Source: Escherichia phage vB_EcoM_LNA2
Sequence record: MZ311865.1
Length of the DNA stretch: 64,000 nt
Reading direction: 5' to 3' (one strand)
A program made the translations under genes and the position numbers. The number at the start of each line of letters is the position of its first letter. Within the stretch, counting starts at the first letter, position 1. Shown in pieces: positions 55,894-64,000 of the stretch. The notes below the pieces were generated by a model that saw only the letters and a list, made by a program, of their open reading frames with translations, searched no databases and was not told where the DNA came from.

Positions 55894-56364
55894 TTAATCA
55901 TGTTTCCACACCCCATCGGTATTTGACCAAAGTCGCTGATTATCTGATCCTCGCCACAGCTTTTTAGTCGGAAGATTTTTCTCATACTTCCCATCAATAA
56001 TAACATCAACATATTTAAGCATTTCTAGTTGTTTAATATCTTCAAACTTATATCCTGTCCACAACCAAATGCTTTTATTGGGATAAAGATTTTTTACTGT
56101 TTGAGCAATGCGATGAATAACATCTCGGTTATCAGGATAGAGAGGGTCTCCTCCGGTTATAGTTAATCCTTCTATATAATCATTATTCAAACATTCAATC
56201 AATTGTTCTAGTGTCTCTCCAGTGAATGGAATACCATTTCTAGCATTCCATGTTGATTTATTATAACACCCTTCACATTTATGCAAACAACCTGTAACGA
56301 AAAGAACGACCCTGCAACCAGGGCCATTCACAAAATCGCAAGGATAAAATCTATCATAATTCAT
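55894..56364 (-). CDS. nrdG: Anaerobic ribonucleotide reductase activase NrdG (radical SAM)
   Basis: 156 aa; Cys-rich N-terminal CDFVNGPGC...C..C..C region. Confidence 0.9.
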   Translation of the reverse strand: MNYDRFYPCDFVNGPGCRVVLFVTGCLHKCEGCYNKSTWNARNGIPFTGETLEQLIECLNNDYIEGLTITGGDPLYPDNRDVIHRIAQTVKNLYPNKSIWLWTGYKFEDIKQLEMLKYVDVIIDGKYEKNLPTKKLWRGSDNQRLWSNTDGVWKHD

Positions 56365-58178
56365 TGGTGTTTAACCCTATGCATGATTTCTTTATTTTTA
56401 CCGAGATTAAATCCGCGTTCGTTCGGATTTCCCAAATAACCGCACGTTCTTCTTATTGTGTTCATCTTTTTAGGATCAGTTTCTCCACAAATAGAACAAA
56501 CAAATCCGTTTTCAGTAGGAGTCATTTCATGGGTACTTCCACACGTAAAACATTTATCTACTGGCATATTAACACCAAAATAATCTAAATGTTGTGCAGC
56601 ATAATCCCACACGGCCTCAAGACCTTTTAAGTTATTTTTCATATCAGGAAGTTCAACATAAGAAATGTGACCGCCGGTCGCTATGAAATGATATGGTGCT
56701 TCGCGAGAAATCTTTTCAAACGGAGTGATATTTTCTTCTACTGAAACGTGGAAACTGTTAGTATACCAGCCTTTATCGGTAACATCTTTTACACTTCCAT
56801 ATTTTTCGGTATCAAGTTTACAGAAGCGATAACAAAGGTTTTCAGCAGGAGTAGAATATAAACTAAAAGCAAATCCAGTTCTTTCAGACCACTGTTTAAG
56901 ATGAGCATTCATTTTAGTTAAAATTTCTTGCCCAATATCACGACCAACAAGAATATTCAATTCGTGAATACCAATGTATCCTAAGGACACTGAACTTCTA
57001 CCGTTTTTAAATAACTCAATTATATCGTCATCAGGTTTAAGACGAACCCCGAATGCACCTTCTTGGTAAAGAATAGGAGCAACAGTTGCTTTAACACCCT
57101 TTAAAGAACTAATTCTACACATCAAGGCTTCAAAACACAGATCCATTCGTTCATTAAATAGCTCAACAAATTTCTGTTCATTGAATTGTGTTCCAATATA
57201 AGAATCTAACGCAATACGAGGAAGATTCAGTGTTACAACACCAAGATTATTACGTCCATCAAGAATTTCATTTCCAGTCGAATCTTTCCATACACTCAAG
57301 AAACTACGACAACCCATTGGAGAAACAGGAATAGATGAACCAGTGATAGCTTTATTGTTCTTAACTGAAATAATATCAGGATACATTCTTTTGCTTGCAC
57401 ACTCTAGGGCAAGCTGCTTAATATCATAGTTCGGGTCGTCTTTATAAAGATTGACACCCTCTTCAATGAACATAACAAGTTTAGGGAAAATAGGAGTTAT
57501 TCCATCACGACCAAGGCCTTTAATGCGGTTTTTAAGAATTGCTTTCTGAATAATTCGTTCAGTCCAGTCAGTTCCAGTACCAAATGTAATTGTTACAAAA
57601 GGCGTTTGACCGTTTGAGCTAAAAAGAGTATTTACTTCATACTCATAAGCTTGAAATGCATCGTATACGTCTTTTTCTGTTTTAGATTGGGCATAATTCA
57701 ACGCATCAGCGATTTGCCATTTTTCTGCATCCTCAATATGTTTTGCATAGGTGCGTTTAACATAAGGAGAAAGTACTTTATCTACATTAGCAAAAGTCGT
57801 TCCGCCGTACTGATGTGAAGCAACCTGTGCGGTAATTTGTGCCATAATTGCAGTAGCAACACCAATCGATTTAGGCGTTTCAATTTGAGCATTACCTAGC
57901 TTAAACCCGTTTTCAAGCATTCCTTTTAAATCTACTAAACAGCAATTAGTAAATGGAAGAGCAGGGGAATAATCAATATCATGGAAATGGATAATTCCGC
58001 TTTCATGTGCTTTCATAATAAAAGACGGGACCATATTTTTGGCAATGTGCTTAGACACAATACCAGCCATAAGGTCCCGTTGAGTTGGAAAAACACGAGA
58101 ATCTTTATTAGCATTCTCGTTCAAAAGATCTTTATTAGTTTTATGAATTAATCCTTCAATTTCTTTTTCAATTTTCAT
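56361..58178 (-). CDS. nrdD: Anaerobic ribonucleotide reductase NrdD (glycyl radical enzyme), uninterrupted
   Basis: 605 aa; C-terminal glycyl radical motif RRTCGYLG and Zn-ribbon CxxC...CxxC. Confidence 0.9.
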   Translation of the reverse strand: MKIEKEIEGLIHKTNKDLLNENANKDSRVFPTQRDLMAGIVSKHIAKNMVPSFIMKAHESGIIHFHDIDYSPALPFTNCCLVDLKGMLENGFKLGNAQIETPKSIGVATAIMAQITAQVASHQYGGTTFANVDKVLSPYVKRTYAKHIEDAEKWQIADALNYAQSKTEKDVYDAFQAYEYEVNTLFSSNGQTPFVTITFGTGTDWTERIIQKAILKNRIKGLGRDGITPIFPKLVMFIEEGVNLYKDDPNYDIKQLALECASKRMYPDIISVKNNKAITGSSIPVSPMGCRSFLSVWKDSTGNEILDGRNNLGVVTLNLPRIALDSYIGTQFNEQKFVELFNERMDLCFEALMCRISSLKGVKATVAPILYQEGAFGVRLKPDDDIIELFKNGRSSVSLGYIGIHELNILVGRDIGQEILTKMNAHLKQWSERTGFAFSLYSTPAENLCYRFCKLDTEKYGSVKDVTDKGWYTNSFHVSVEENITPFEKISREAPYHFIATGGHISYVELPDMKNNLKGLEAVWDYAAQHLDYFGVNMPVDKCFTCGSTHEMTPTENGFVCSICGETDPKKMNTIRRTCGYLGNPNERGFNLGKNKEIMHRVKHQ

Positions 58179-58648
58179 TTTAAACTCTTTCTAAGCTGCT
58201 TTTTGAATGAAGCTATTAATTGTGTTTTGGTATCAGATTCATTATATTCAAATCCTCTTTGAAGCATCTCAGCCATCATTTCCTCTTTACCTAGTCTTGA
58301 GAACTCTTTAGTTTTGTCTGGAACAAAATTAGGATGGATATTATTATCAGAATAATCTTGTTTCAAATAAGCAAGAAGAGCTTCAAGCCATTCGAGGTAG
58401 TCGACATCACGTCCTTTAAGACCGGAGCGGTTGAACTTATGCTTCATTTGGCCTTCTGCTGCGTTGCACAGATTACAGAGTAATCCACGAACTCTACCGG
58501 CTTTTGGCCCGTTTAATTCGTGGTCGTGGTCAAGATGGTTACCTTGAACATCAGGGTCTAATTCACGGTGACAAATAGGACACTTACCGTTCTGTGCATA
58601 ATAAAATTTTTGTTTTTCTTCTTTATATTTTGCGCCTGATAATAACAT
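58175..58648 (-). CDS. 49: Endonuclease VII (Holliday junction resolvase) gp49
   Basis: 157 aa; CPICHRELDP...HLDHDHELNGPKAGRVRGLLCNLCN; close to recalled T4 EndoVII; late promoter upstream. Confidence 0.9.
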   Translation of the reverse strand: MLLSGAKYKEEKQKFYYAQNGKCPICHRELDPDVQGNHLDHDHELNGPKAGRVRGLLCNLCNAAEGQMKHKFNRSGLKGRDVDYLEWLEALLAYLKQDYSDNNIHPNFVPDKTKEFSRLGKEEMMAEMLQRGFEYNESDTKTQLIASFKKQLRKSLK

Positions 58649-58677
58649 GATAAACCCTTACCTTAAATAGATAAGGG

Positions 58678-58685
58678 TATTTATA
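58678..58685 (-). promoter_or_regulatory. T4-type late promoter TATAAATA upstream of gene 49
   Basis: Minus-strand TATAAATA 30 nt upstream of gene 49 ATG. Confidence 0.5.
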
Positions 58686-58687
58686 AT

Positions 58688-58867
58688 TTAGTAAACGTTA
58701 TAAAAGTCTCGATGAAAACGTTTATATTGACGAATCATTTTCTTAGTAGGACGTGTTACTGAAATAATTGAAGTAGTCATAGTCGGATTGTTTGGAGCAC
58801 CAGTCATAACAAATTTCCAGGATTTTTGTCCATTTTTTCTTTCACCATAAAATAATTCAGTTTTCAT
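58688..58867 (-). CDS. Possible small protein, 59 aa (not in ORF track)
   Basis: Hand translation MKTELFYGERKNGQKSWKFVMTGAPNNPTMTTSIISVTRPTKKMIRQYKRFHRDFYNVY. Confidence 0.3.
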   Translation of the reverse strand: MKTELFYGERKNGQKSWKFVMTGAPNNPTMTTSIISVTRPTKKMIRQYKRFHRDFYNVY

Positions 58868-58876
58868 AATAAACCT

Positions 58877-59290
58877 TTAACTTAAACGTCTTTCTAAATA
58901 TTCAATGTATTCCGCTGCGGCTTGCATCAGATTACCTTCATAACCGTCATTATTTTCTTGGGCGGCTAATTTAGCTAAAGCATAAGAAATACGTTCACCT
59001 TCGAATTCGCCAAGTCCACCATCACAAACTACTTGGTCAATTTCTTCGAGTTCATCTATTGAATGGGCTTCCCAGAAGCACCAAAGAGAAGTATCACGGT
59101 CATAGATGCAAAGTTTCTCACCTGTGTTCAACATCACTTCGATAATGCCATGGTCGCCATAACCATCTTCGGTAGTAGTACCAATTACCTTGATGATTGT
59201 TCCTTTCTTTAATTCAGGAAACTTGACTTGTAGTTCTTCATCTTCTTTAACAATCTTGAACCATTTACCGCGAGTTTCAGAAATATTCAT
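58877..59290 (-). CDS. Hypothetical protein, ~137 aa
   Basis: ORF track 58877..59308 (TTG); ATG 59290 with GGAG SD. Confidence 0.45.
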   Translation of the reverse strand: MNISETRGKWFKIVKEDEELQVKFPELKKGTIIKVIGTTTEDGYGDHGIIEVMLNTGEKLCIYDRDTSLWCFWEAHSIDELEEIDQVVCDGGLGEFEGERISYALAKLAAQENNDGYEGNLMQAAAEYIEYLERRLS

Positions 59291-59415
59291 AACCATACTC
59301 CATATCAATTAATTCATTTATTGAAGGTTCATCATAACACGTTTCTTCGTCGTTGTAAACTGTTTCGACGTCTGGCTCGACTGTCTCCCATCGAGCCGAA
59401 TACCACGGTTTAACC

Positions 59416-59580
59416 GCGGAGCTTATTGAGCTCTTCATAATCAATCCAGGATTCTAGCCCAGATGGCAAATCAGATTCAATTTCCCAAAGAAGCTCTTCA
59501 ATTTTCTGAAGACGATCCAATTCTTCAACAGGAATAGTAACCATTGATGGAGCTCTTGCTGCACTAATATCGTAAATCAT
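59416..59580 (-). CDS. Possible small acidic protein, 54 aa (not in ORF track)
   Basis: Hand translation MIYDISAARAPSMVTIPVEELDRLQKIEELLWEIESDLPSGLESWIDYEELNKLRG; an acidic open frame continues downstream in another frame. Confidence 0.3.
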
Positions 59581-59582
59581 AT

Positions 59583-59798
59583 TTACCCCAGTTTAACCAT
59601 GCAATCGCCGTATTTCCATTTAGAAATAGACTTTTCGCCATTAGAATAATAAACTTCGAGTTTAGCACGATTATTTTTAATTTGAATAACCTTGGCTGTC
59701 ATCAAAGTTCCATACCCATAGTAAACTGCAACTTCATCACCTACATATACCGCGTTTCCACGGTAGTCATGGATATAATCAGTTCCTTCAAGCATCAT
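59583..59798 (-). CDS. Hypothetical protein, 71 aa
   Basis: ORF track. Confidence 0.45.
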   Translation of the reverse strand: MMLEGTDYIHDYRGNAVYVGDEVAVYYGYGTLMTAKVIQIKNNRAKLEVYYSNGEKSISKWKYGDCMVKLG

Positions 59799-60058
59799 TT
59801 AAAATATTCTCGCAGTTGATCAAATCCACCAATGTGACTTCCGTCAGGAGCAAACACTTGAGGCATAGTCAATCCAACTTGTGATTCGCGTCCAAGCTTA
59901 ACAAGAAGCTCAGTAATTTTCTCATCGTCGAACACACCTTTTTCTGGCATAACATTAATGAATTCGAACGGCTGTTTCTTAACAGTCAGCAATCGTTTCG
60001 CATTATCACAATAAATGCATTTATGAATAGTAGAGTCATACCCGTACACTTTAAACAT
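59795..60058 (-). CDS. nrdC: Thioredoxin/glutaredoxin NrdC
   Basis: ORF track 59795..60076; ATG 60058 gives MFKVYGYDSTIHKCIYCDNAKRLL... matching recalled T4 NrdC. Confidence 0.85.
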   Translation of the reverse strand: MFKVYGYDSTIHKCIYCDNAKRLLTVKKQPFEFINVMPEKGVFDDEKITELLVKLGRESQVGLTMPQVFAPDGSHIGGFDQLREYFK

Positions 60059-60464
60059 TATTTTTCCTTTCATCAATTAAATATGCAATGCCAAATACAA
60101 TACATGTAATAAAACCTGTGATACAGATAGAAACCAACAACACTGTACCAAAGAACCAAATCAAGTTATCTTTAGTAGTTTGTTTGATATCCATCTCACG
60201 AATTTCTATAGCTATCGTATCACCTTTATTCAGAAGCGTATAAAACGATGGCGATACACGCCTGTCAAAAACTCGTCCTTGCTCATCTTTATAGACTGCA
60301 ATAAATTCTAATTTAGAATATTTTCCTGTAGATTGGCCTGAGATTAATTCCACTACCTCCACAGGAATTACTTTAGTTTCCATGTAAGTATTCTGGCTGT
60401 TCCAAATGAATGGAATAATAGCAAAAACTAAAGCTGTGATAAAACAACGAAGGCTATATCTCAT
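60051..60464 (-). CDS. Membrane protein, 137 aa
   Basis: ORF track; N- and C-terminal TM segments. Confidence 0.5.
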   Translation of the reverse strand: MRYSLRCFITALVFAIIPFIWNSQNTYMETKVIPVEVVELISGQSTGKYSKLEFIAVYKDEQGRVFDRRVSPSFYTLLNKGDTIAIEIREMDIKQTTKDNLIWFFGTVLLVSICITGFITCIVFGIAYLIDERKNNV

Positions 60465-60769
60465 TATAATGTTCTCTCAAATTTGTGGAAGCATTTACGG
60501 CATTTCAATTTCAAGTTATCAGTGGTCCAGTTAACCAGTTGGACTTGGATAGTTCCACATTCCGGACATGGATGTTTTGCTGCCGATTTGGCAGCATTTT
60601 CACGTCGTTCAACCATTTTCATTATTTCGTTCCATGCCGGAGGAACAAACTCTTCTTCACCGTGGATTTTATCTCGCTGAACAAATTCAATCTTTGAACT
60701 ATCGTCAATAAACTTAACCAAGCCATGATTAGTGCTCATACCAATATCCTCTAAAAGACGTAGTTTCAT
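60464..60769 (-). CDS. Zinc-ribbon protein, 101 aa
   Basis: ORF track; CPECG ... CRKC. Confidence 0.5.
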   Translation of the reverse strand: MKLRLLEDIGMSTNHGLVKFIDDSSKIEFVQRDKIHGEEEFVPPAWNEIMKMVERRENAAKSAAKHPCPECGTIQVQLVNWTTDNLKLKCRKCFHKFERTL

Positions 60770-61719
60770 TATAACACCTCAATGGCATTTCGTAAACCAT
60801 CCGCTTTCGCATTCAGAGCTTTTAACGATTTAGTTTGTTCTGCAATCTGGGCTTCGACTTCTTTCAGACGAGATTTGAGATATTCGCGTTCTTCTCTTAA
60901 GTTATCAACTTTTTCTGCTTTAGGCTCTTTAATAGGCTTAGGCTTATACTCGTTAGGGTTCTTCAACTTAATTTGAATGCGAGAACTGTATAACATTGAA
61001 CCATTATCTTCGGTTTCATCATACATTTCTACCACGTCCATGATTCTTAACATCATGCGAAGTTTATAAGACAGCGAACGAATGGTTTTATTGTGCTTCT
61101 TAATTTCTTCAGCTTTCATGGTGCCGAGATTACGTGAGTAATAATAAGGAACCTGAATATCAATTGATAATGATGCGGTACCATTACCGGTTGGTTTGAA
61201 CACTGCAGTAACCCAATCTTTAGCATGAACTGTATTTGTACGATCATCGCCGCCTGTGAATAATTTACGAGAATGTTTAAAAAGCATATTCACTTGGTTA
61301 TTGAATTCACAAGCAAATTTATCAACAAATTTAGTTTCAGGAATGGTAGATAACCAATCAGCCAAATGAGTCTTTTTAACATCGTTAATAATAGTAAATT
61401 CAACCAAATCGGTTTTAGATGTCACAGATTTAATAAAGCTCGGCTTCATAAAGTTTTTAATGTTATCGCGAGCTACAGTAGAAGATAATAAACGAGAACG
61501 TTTGAACCATTGAAGCAGTGTCCCTAATGAATGAGAATACGCATTCTGAGTATCTTTACAGATATGATTTTCTTGGCCTGTGTATGTACCAAAATCGCGA
61601 AGAATACCACTTACTACAACTCGGTGTGGAACATCAAATCCTAATGAACCAGAAGCACGTTGGGCATGAACGTTAGCGATAAGACCTGCAAAGTATTCAA
61701 TGTAATGTGAACGTGTCAT
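60769..61719 (-). CDS. Hypothetical protein with C-terminal coiled coil, 316 aa
   Basis: ORF track; heptad-like C-terminus; own promoter cassette. Confidence 0.5.
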   Translation of the reverse strand: MTRSHYIEYFAGLIANVHAQRASGSLGFDVPHRVVVSGILRDFGTYTGQENHICKDTQNAYSHSLGTLLQWFKRSRLLSSTVARDNIKNFMKPSFIKSVTSKTDLVEFTIINDVKKTHLADWLSTIPETKFVDKFACEFNNQVNMLFKHSRKLFTGGDDRTNTVHAKDWVTAVFKPTGNGTASLSIDIQVPYYYSRNLGTMKAEEIKKHNKTIRSLSYKLRMMLRIMDVVEMYDETEDNGSMLYSSRIQIKLKNPNEYKPKPIKEPKAEKVDNLREEREYLKSRLKEVEAQIAEQTKSLKALNAKADGLRNAIEVL

Positions 61720-61747
61720 AATATTTTCCTCTCGTTAAGATAGATTC

Positions 61748-61777
61748 ATTATACTCCAACCATCCTTGGTTGTAAAC
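61748..61777 (-). promoter_or_regulatory. Early promoter cassette (GTTTAC-18-TATAAT)
   Basis: Same family as 20520-20549; upstream of ORF 60769..61719. Confidence 0.6.
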
Positions 61778-61781
61778 TGAT

Positions 61782-62741
61782 TTATGATTTTAATGCATTC
61801 ATTGCGTTAAAAAGTTTAGAGTACTGTAACTGGAGATTCGTTACAACACTTTGAGCATCACGAAGCTTAGCTTGTGCTTTGTCAAGTTCAACAGACAGTT
61901 GGTCCATAGTGGCCTTGATTTGATTGTAATGGTAATCTTCGGCCGGAAGAAGGTCATTAGAAACATTTAGTTTTACTGCAGACAGTTTGCACACATTTGG
62001 CAAACCTTTAAACATTGATTTACCCGAAGTAGAATAAGCACTTAGGACTTCGGCCTGTTCAATTGGGGTCCCAGTAAGCGATGCTTCAAACAATGCATTT
62101 TCCTTTTTAAGATTTTGATAGTATTCAGAGTCTTTGTGCCACCATGGCGCAGGAACCTTTTTACCAATAGATACACGAGCCTGGATAGCGATATTGCCCT
62201 TATTCTTGATAGGGTCAATAATATTAAGCTCACGAGAATAAATCGCTTTAATCTGGTGGATATTATCGCCTAAAACTTCCAGTGCTTGGTGGAATACACG
62301 AGCAACGTTATCATTCTTAGGATTATATGTAAGAGTGAACTCGTTCTCACTGATAACCATGATTTCTAACTTATCGTAAGTATATTTCAAATGTTTCATG
62401 TTAATTGCTTGAGGACGAATACGAGAAGCAATGGCCATCAGATTGTTAAGGTTATTTCGGAACTGTTTAGCGAAATATTGTCCTTCACCGCCGATACAAA
62501 AATTACGAAGTTTCTGTTTGGCTAATAAACGGCTGAACTCACCATTTTTAATGAACTCTTTAACGGGTGTGTTAGTAATGCATTCAAATTGAGTAAACAT
62601 ACGAGAATTAATCCCATAATATGAACAGATTTCCTCAATCTCTTCAGGAGTCTTTACAGGCATACGGATAGGATTAGGTCCTGGGGTATATGCGTTCGAG
62701 GTAAATTCTTTGATAAGTTCTCTACGTGTAATAAAAGCCAT
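61782..62741 (-). CDS. Hypothetical protein with C-terminal coiled coil, 319 aa
   Basis: ORF track; own promoter cassette. Confidence 0.5.
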   Translation of the reverse strand: MAFITRRELIKEFTSNAYTPGPNPIRMPVKTPEEIEEICSYYGINSRMFTQFECITNTPVKEFIKNGEFSRLLAKQKLRNFCIGGEGQYFAKQFRNNLNNLMAIASRIRPQAINMKHLKYTYDKLEIMVISENEFTLTYNPKNDNVARVFHQALEVLGDNIHQIKAIYSRELNIIDPIKNKGNIAIQARVSIGKKVPAPWWHKDSEYYQNLKKENALFEASLTGTPIEQAEVLSAYSTSGKSMFKGLPNVCKLSAVKLNVSNDLLPAEDYHYNQIKATMDQLSVELDKAQAKLRDAQSVVTNLQLQYSKLFNAMNALKS

Positions 62742-62767
62742 TTTATATTCCTCATGTTGAAAAATTT

Positions 62768-62797
62768 ATTATACTCCAACCATCCCTGGTTGTACAT
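62768..62797 (-). promoter_or_regulatory. Early promoter cassette (ATGTAC-18-TATAAT)
   Basis: Same family; upstream of ORF 61782..62741. Confidence 0.5.
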
Positions 62798-63792
62798 CAT
62801 TCCTTAAGAAGTTTTACTACTTGAATAAGATTAGCTCGTTCCGTTTTATTTTTACCATTTAAGCCTGCTAATCGTGAGATTTCATCGTCAGTCTGTTGAA
62901 TAGTTACATTAAGTTCGTTAATCAAAGCTTCAAAGTATTTGATTTGCTCAGCATGTTTTGATTCAAATTTCTGAACCGGAATAACGTCTTGATTCAGTTC
63001 ATCAATAAGGTCTTTAAGAGCATCTTCTTGGTTGATATCATATTCAACTTCTTTTATTTCTTCAACGAGCTCGTCTTTATATCTAACGTCTTTTAGTCCT
63101 GGTGCTGGTCCTGAAATCTCTTCTTTAAGAGTACAAACATATCCAATACGGTATCCAATGCTGTCTCGCTTGATATCAACTTCGTCAATAAATCCACAAT
63201 GTTTAAGACCAGAGCCGATTAGGTCAAAATATCCTTGACGTCGTCCTTCAAACGTTACACGAACTACTAAGACAGTTTTACCTGCGACCTTTTGAAGCTC
63301 ACATTTATAAAAGTCTGTTGAACCTGAATAACGTGGATGAGTTTTAAAGTTCATCTGACGATCTAGGCCCATTTGTAAGCGTGCTGATACGGCCATAAAA
63401 CGTGTTTGATTCTCGTTAAGATGAGCAACAATCCATTTCAAAGGCATTTTACACTGTTCACGGCCGAACAAATCAGTACGTCCTAGATTACGCAGGATGT
63501 TGTTAGAGTTAATCATCGACAGAACGTTAAGTTTATTCAGCGCGCTGAAGATTCCATCGGCCATTGATTTTCCGTAACCTTTACACGCTTTAATAAGCGC
63601 TCGTGGTAGGTTAGTATAGATTTCAGACGGCATATGAAAATCAAATTTACTAGTCAGTAATTGATGAACTTGGATAGCAATTTGCTCATAATTAAGTGCT
63701 CTGCGATCATTATGGTCTTTAAACCACACTTTAATCTGTGAAGCACATAAACCGTTAATTTCATGTTTTACCGCATCAGATGTAATGCTCAT
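62797..63792 (-). CDS. Hypothetical protein with C-terminal coiled coil, 331 aa
   Basis: ORF track; degenerate copy of the promoter cassette upstream. Confidence 0.5.
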   Translation of the reverse strand: MSITSDAVKHEINGLCASQIKVWFKDHNDRRALNYEQIAIQVHQLLTSKFDFHMPSEIYTNLPRALIKACKGYGKSMADGIFSALNKLNVLSMINSNNILRNLGRTDLFGREQCKMPLKWIVAHLNENQTRFMAVSARLQMGLDRQMNFKTHPRYSGSTDFYKCELQKVAGKTVLVVRVTFEGRRQGYFDLIGSGLKHCGFIDEVDIKRDSIGYRIGYVCTLKEEISGPAPGLKDVRYKDELVEEIKEVEYDINQEDALKDLIDELNQDVIPVQKFESKHAEQIKYFEALINELNVTIQQTDDEISRLAGLNGKNKTERANLIQVVKLLKE

Positions 63793-63854
63793 AACTATTT
63801 CCTCAGATTGAATTGGAACTCAAAACCATTATAACCCGTCCTTGGGTAAAGCGT

Positions 63855-64000
63855 TTATGCGTGAACCGTCTTTAAACGTTCTTCAAATTTCCGAAGAGTA
63901 CTAATACGTTCTGCTTTCTGTTTTGTATAGTTTGCAATACGTTCTGAAGTGAGAGCGTATCGTTCATTTACTGTTTCTTTCATGAAGTCAGGGATTTCAC
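63855..64000 (-). CDS. 3' end of a gene continuing beyond the window (partial)
   Basis: Open minus-strand frame from window edge to stop near 63855 (...ERLKTVHA*). Confidence 0.35.
   Translation of the reverse strand, partial: EIPDFMKETVNERYALTSERIANYTKQKAERISTLRKFEERLKTVHA

Noticed and set aside
55800-56012. 70-aa minus-strand ORF
   Set aside because: Overlaps the 3' part of nrdG in another frame; nrdG is strongly supported
6318-62800. Possibility that the repeated 30-45 bp units are a CRISPR array or mobile element ends
   Set aside because: Units are dispersed rather than regularly spaced, each sits upstream of a gene with -35/-10 geometry, and no transposase or cas genes are present; interpreted as promoter cassettes
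1-64000. tRNA or other structured RNA genes
   Set aside because: No cloverleaf-like GC-rich segments recognised by eye in the intergenic regions; the T4 tRNA cluster lies elsewhere in T4-type genomes. A tRNAscan run would be needed to exclude this firmly

Overview
This window is a T4-like (Tevenvirinae-type) phage genome segment, annotated by eye from the sequence and the ORF track with no database searches. It runs from the 3' end of the late tail-fibre genes (37 C-terminus, 38, holin t; + strand) into a long, almost entirely minus-strand early/middle region in T4 gene order: asiA, motA, 52, ndd-like, denB-like, rIIB, rIIA, 39, dexA, dda, srd, modA, modB, soc, 56, 61, sp, 41, uvsX, a thymidylate-synthase-family enzyme at the 42 position, 43, regA, 62, 44, 45, 46, 47, 55, nrdG, nrdD, 49, nrdC. 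Gene 39 is one contiguous 605-aa ORF and nrdD is uninterrupted; no tRNA, rRNA, CRISPR array or homing endonuclease gene was seen. The main finding is a 6.5 kb island between uvsX and gene 43 that encodes a KdsD-like SIS isomerase, a HAD phosphatase, a fused nucleotidyltransferase/kinase and a P-loop kinase around a divergent gp42-like enzyme, plus a separate glycosyltransferase-like gene between rIIA.1 and 39. Together these look like a phage pathway that makes an activated pentose (probably arabinose) to glycosylate hydroxymethyl-pyrimidine DNA; this is inference from motifs and synteny, not a confirmed function. The region is also densely punctuated by minus-strand early promoters (GTTTAC-N17/18-TATAAT type), several of them near-identical repeated cassettes, and by UUCG-tetraloop terminator hairpins. 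Coordinates for features I derived myself (small ORFs, motifs, adjusted starts) may be off by a few nucleotides.
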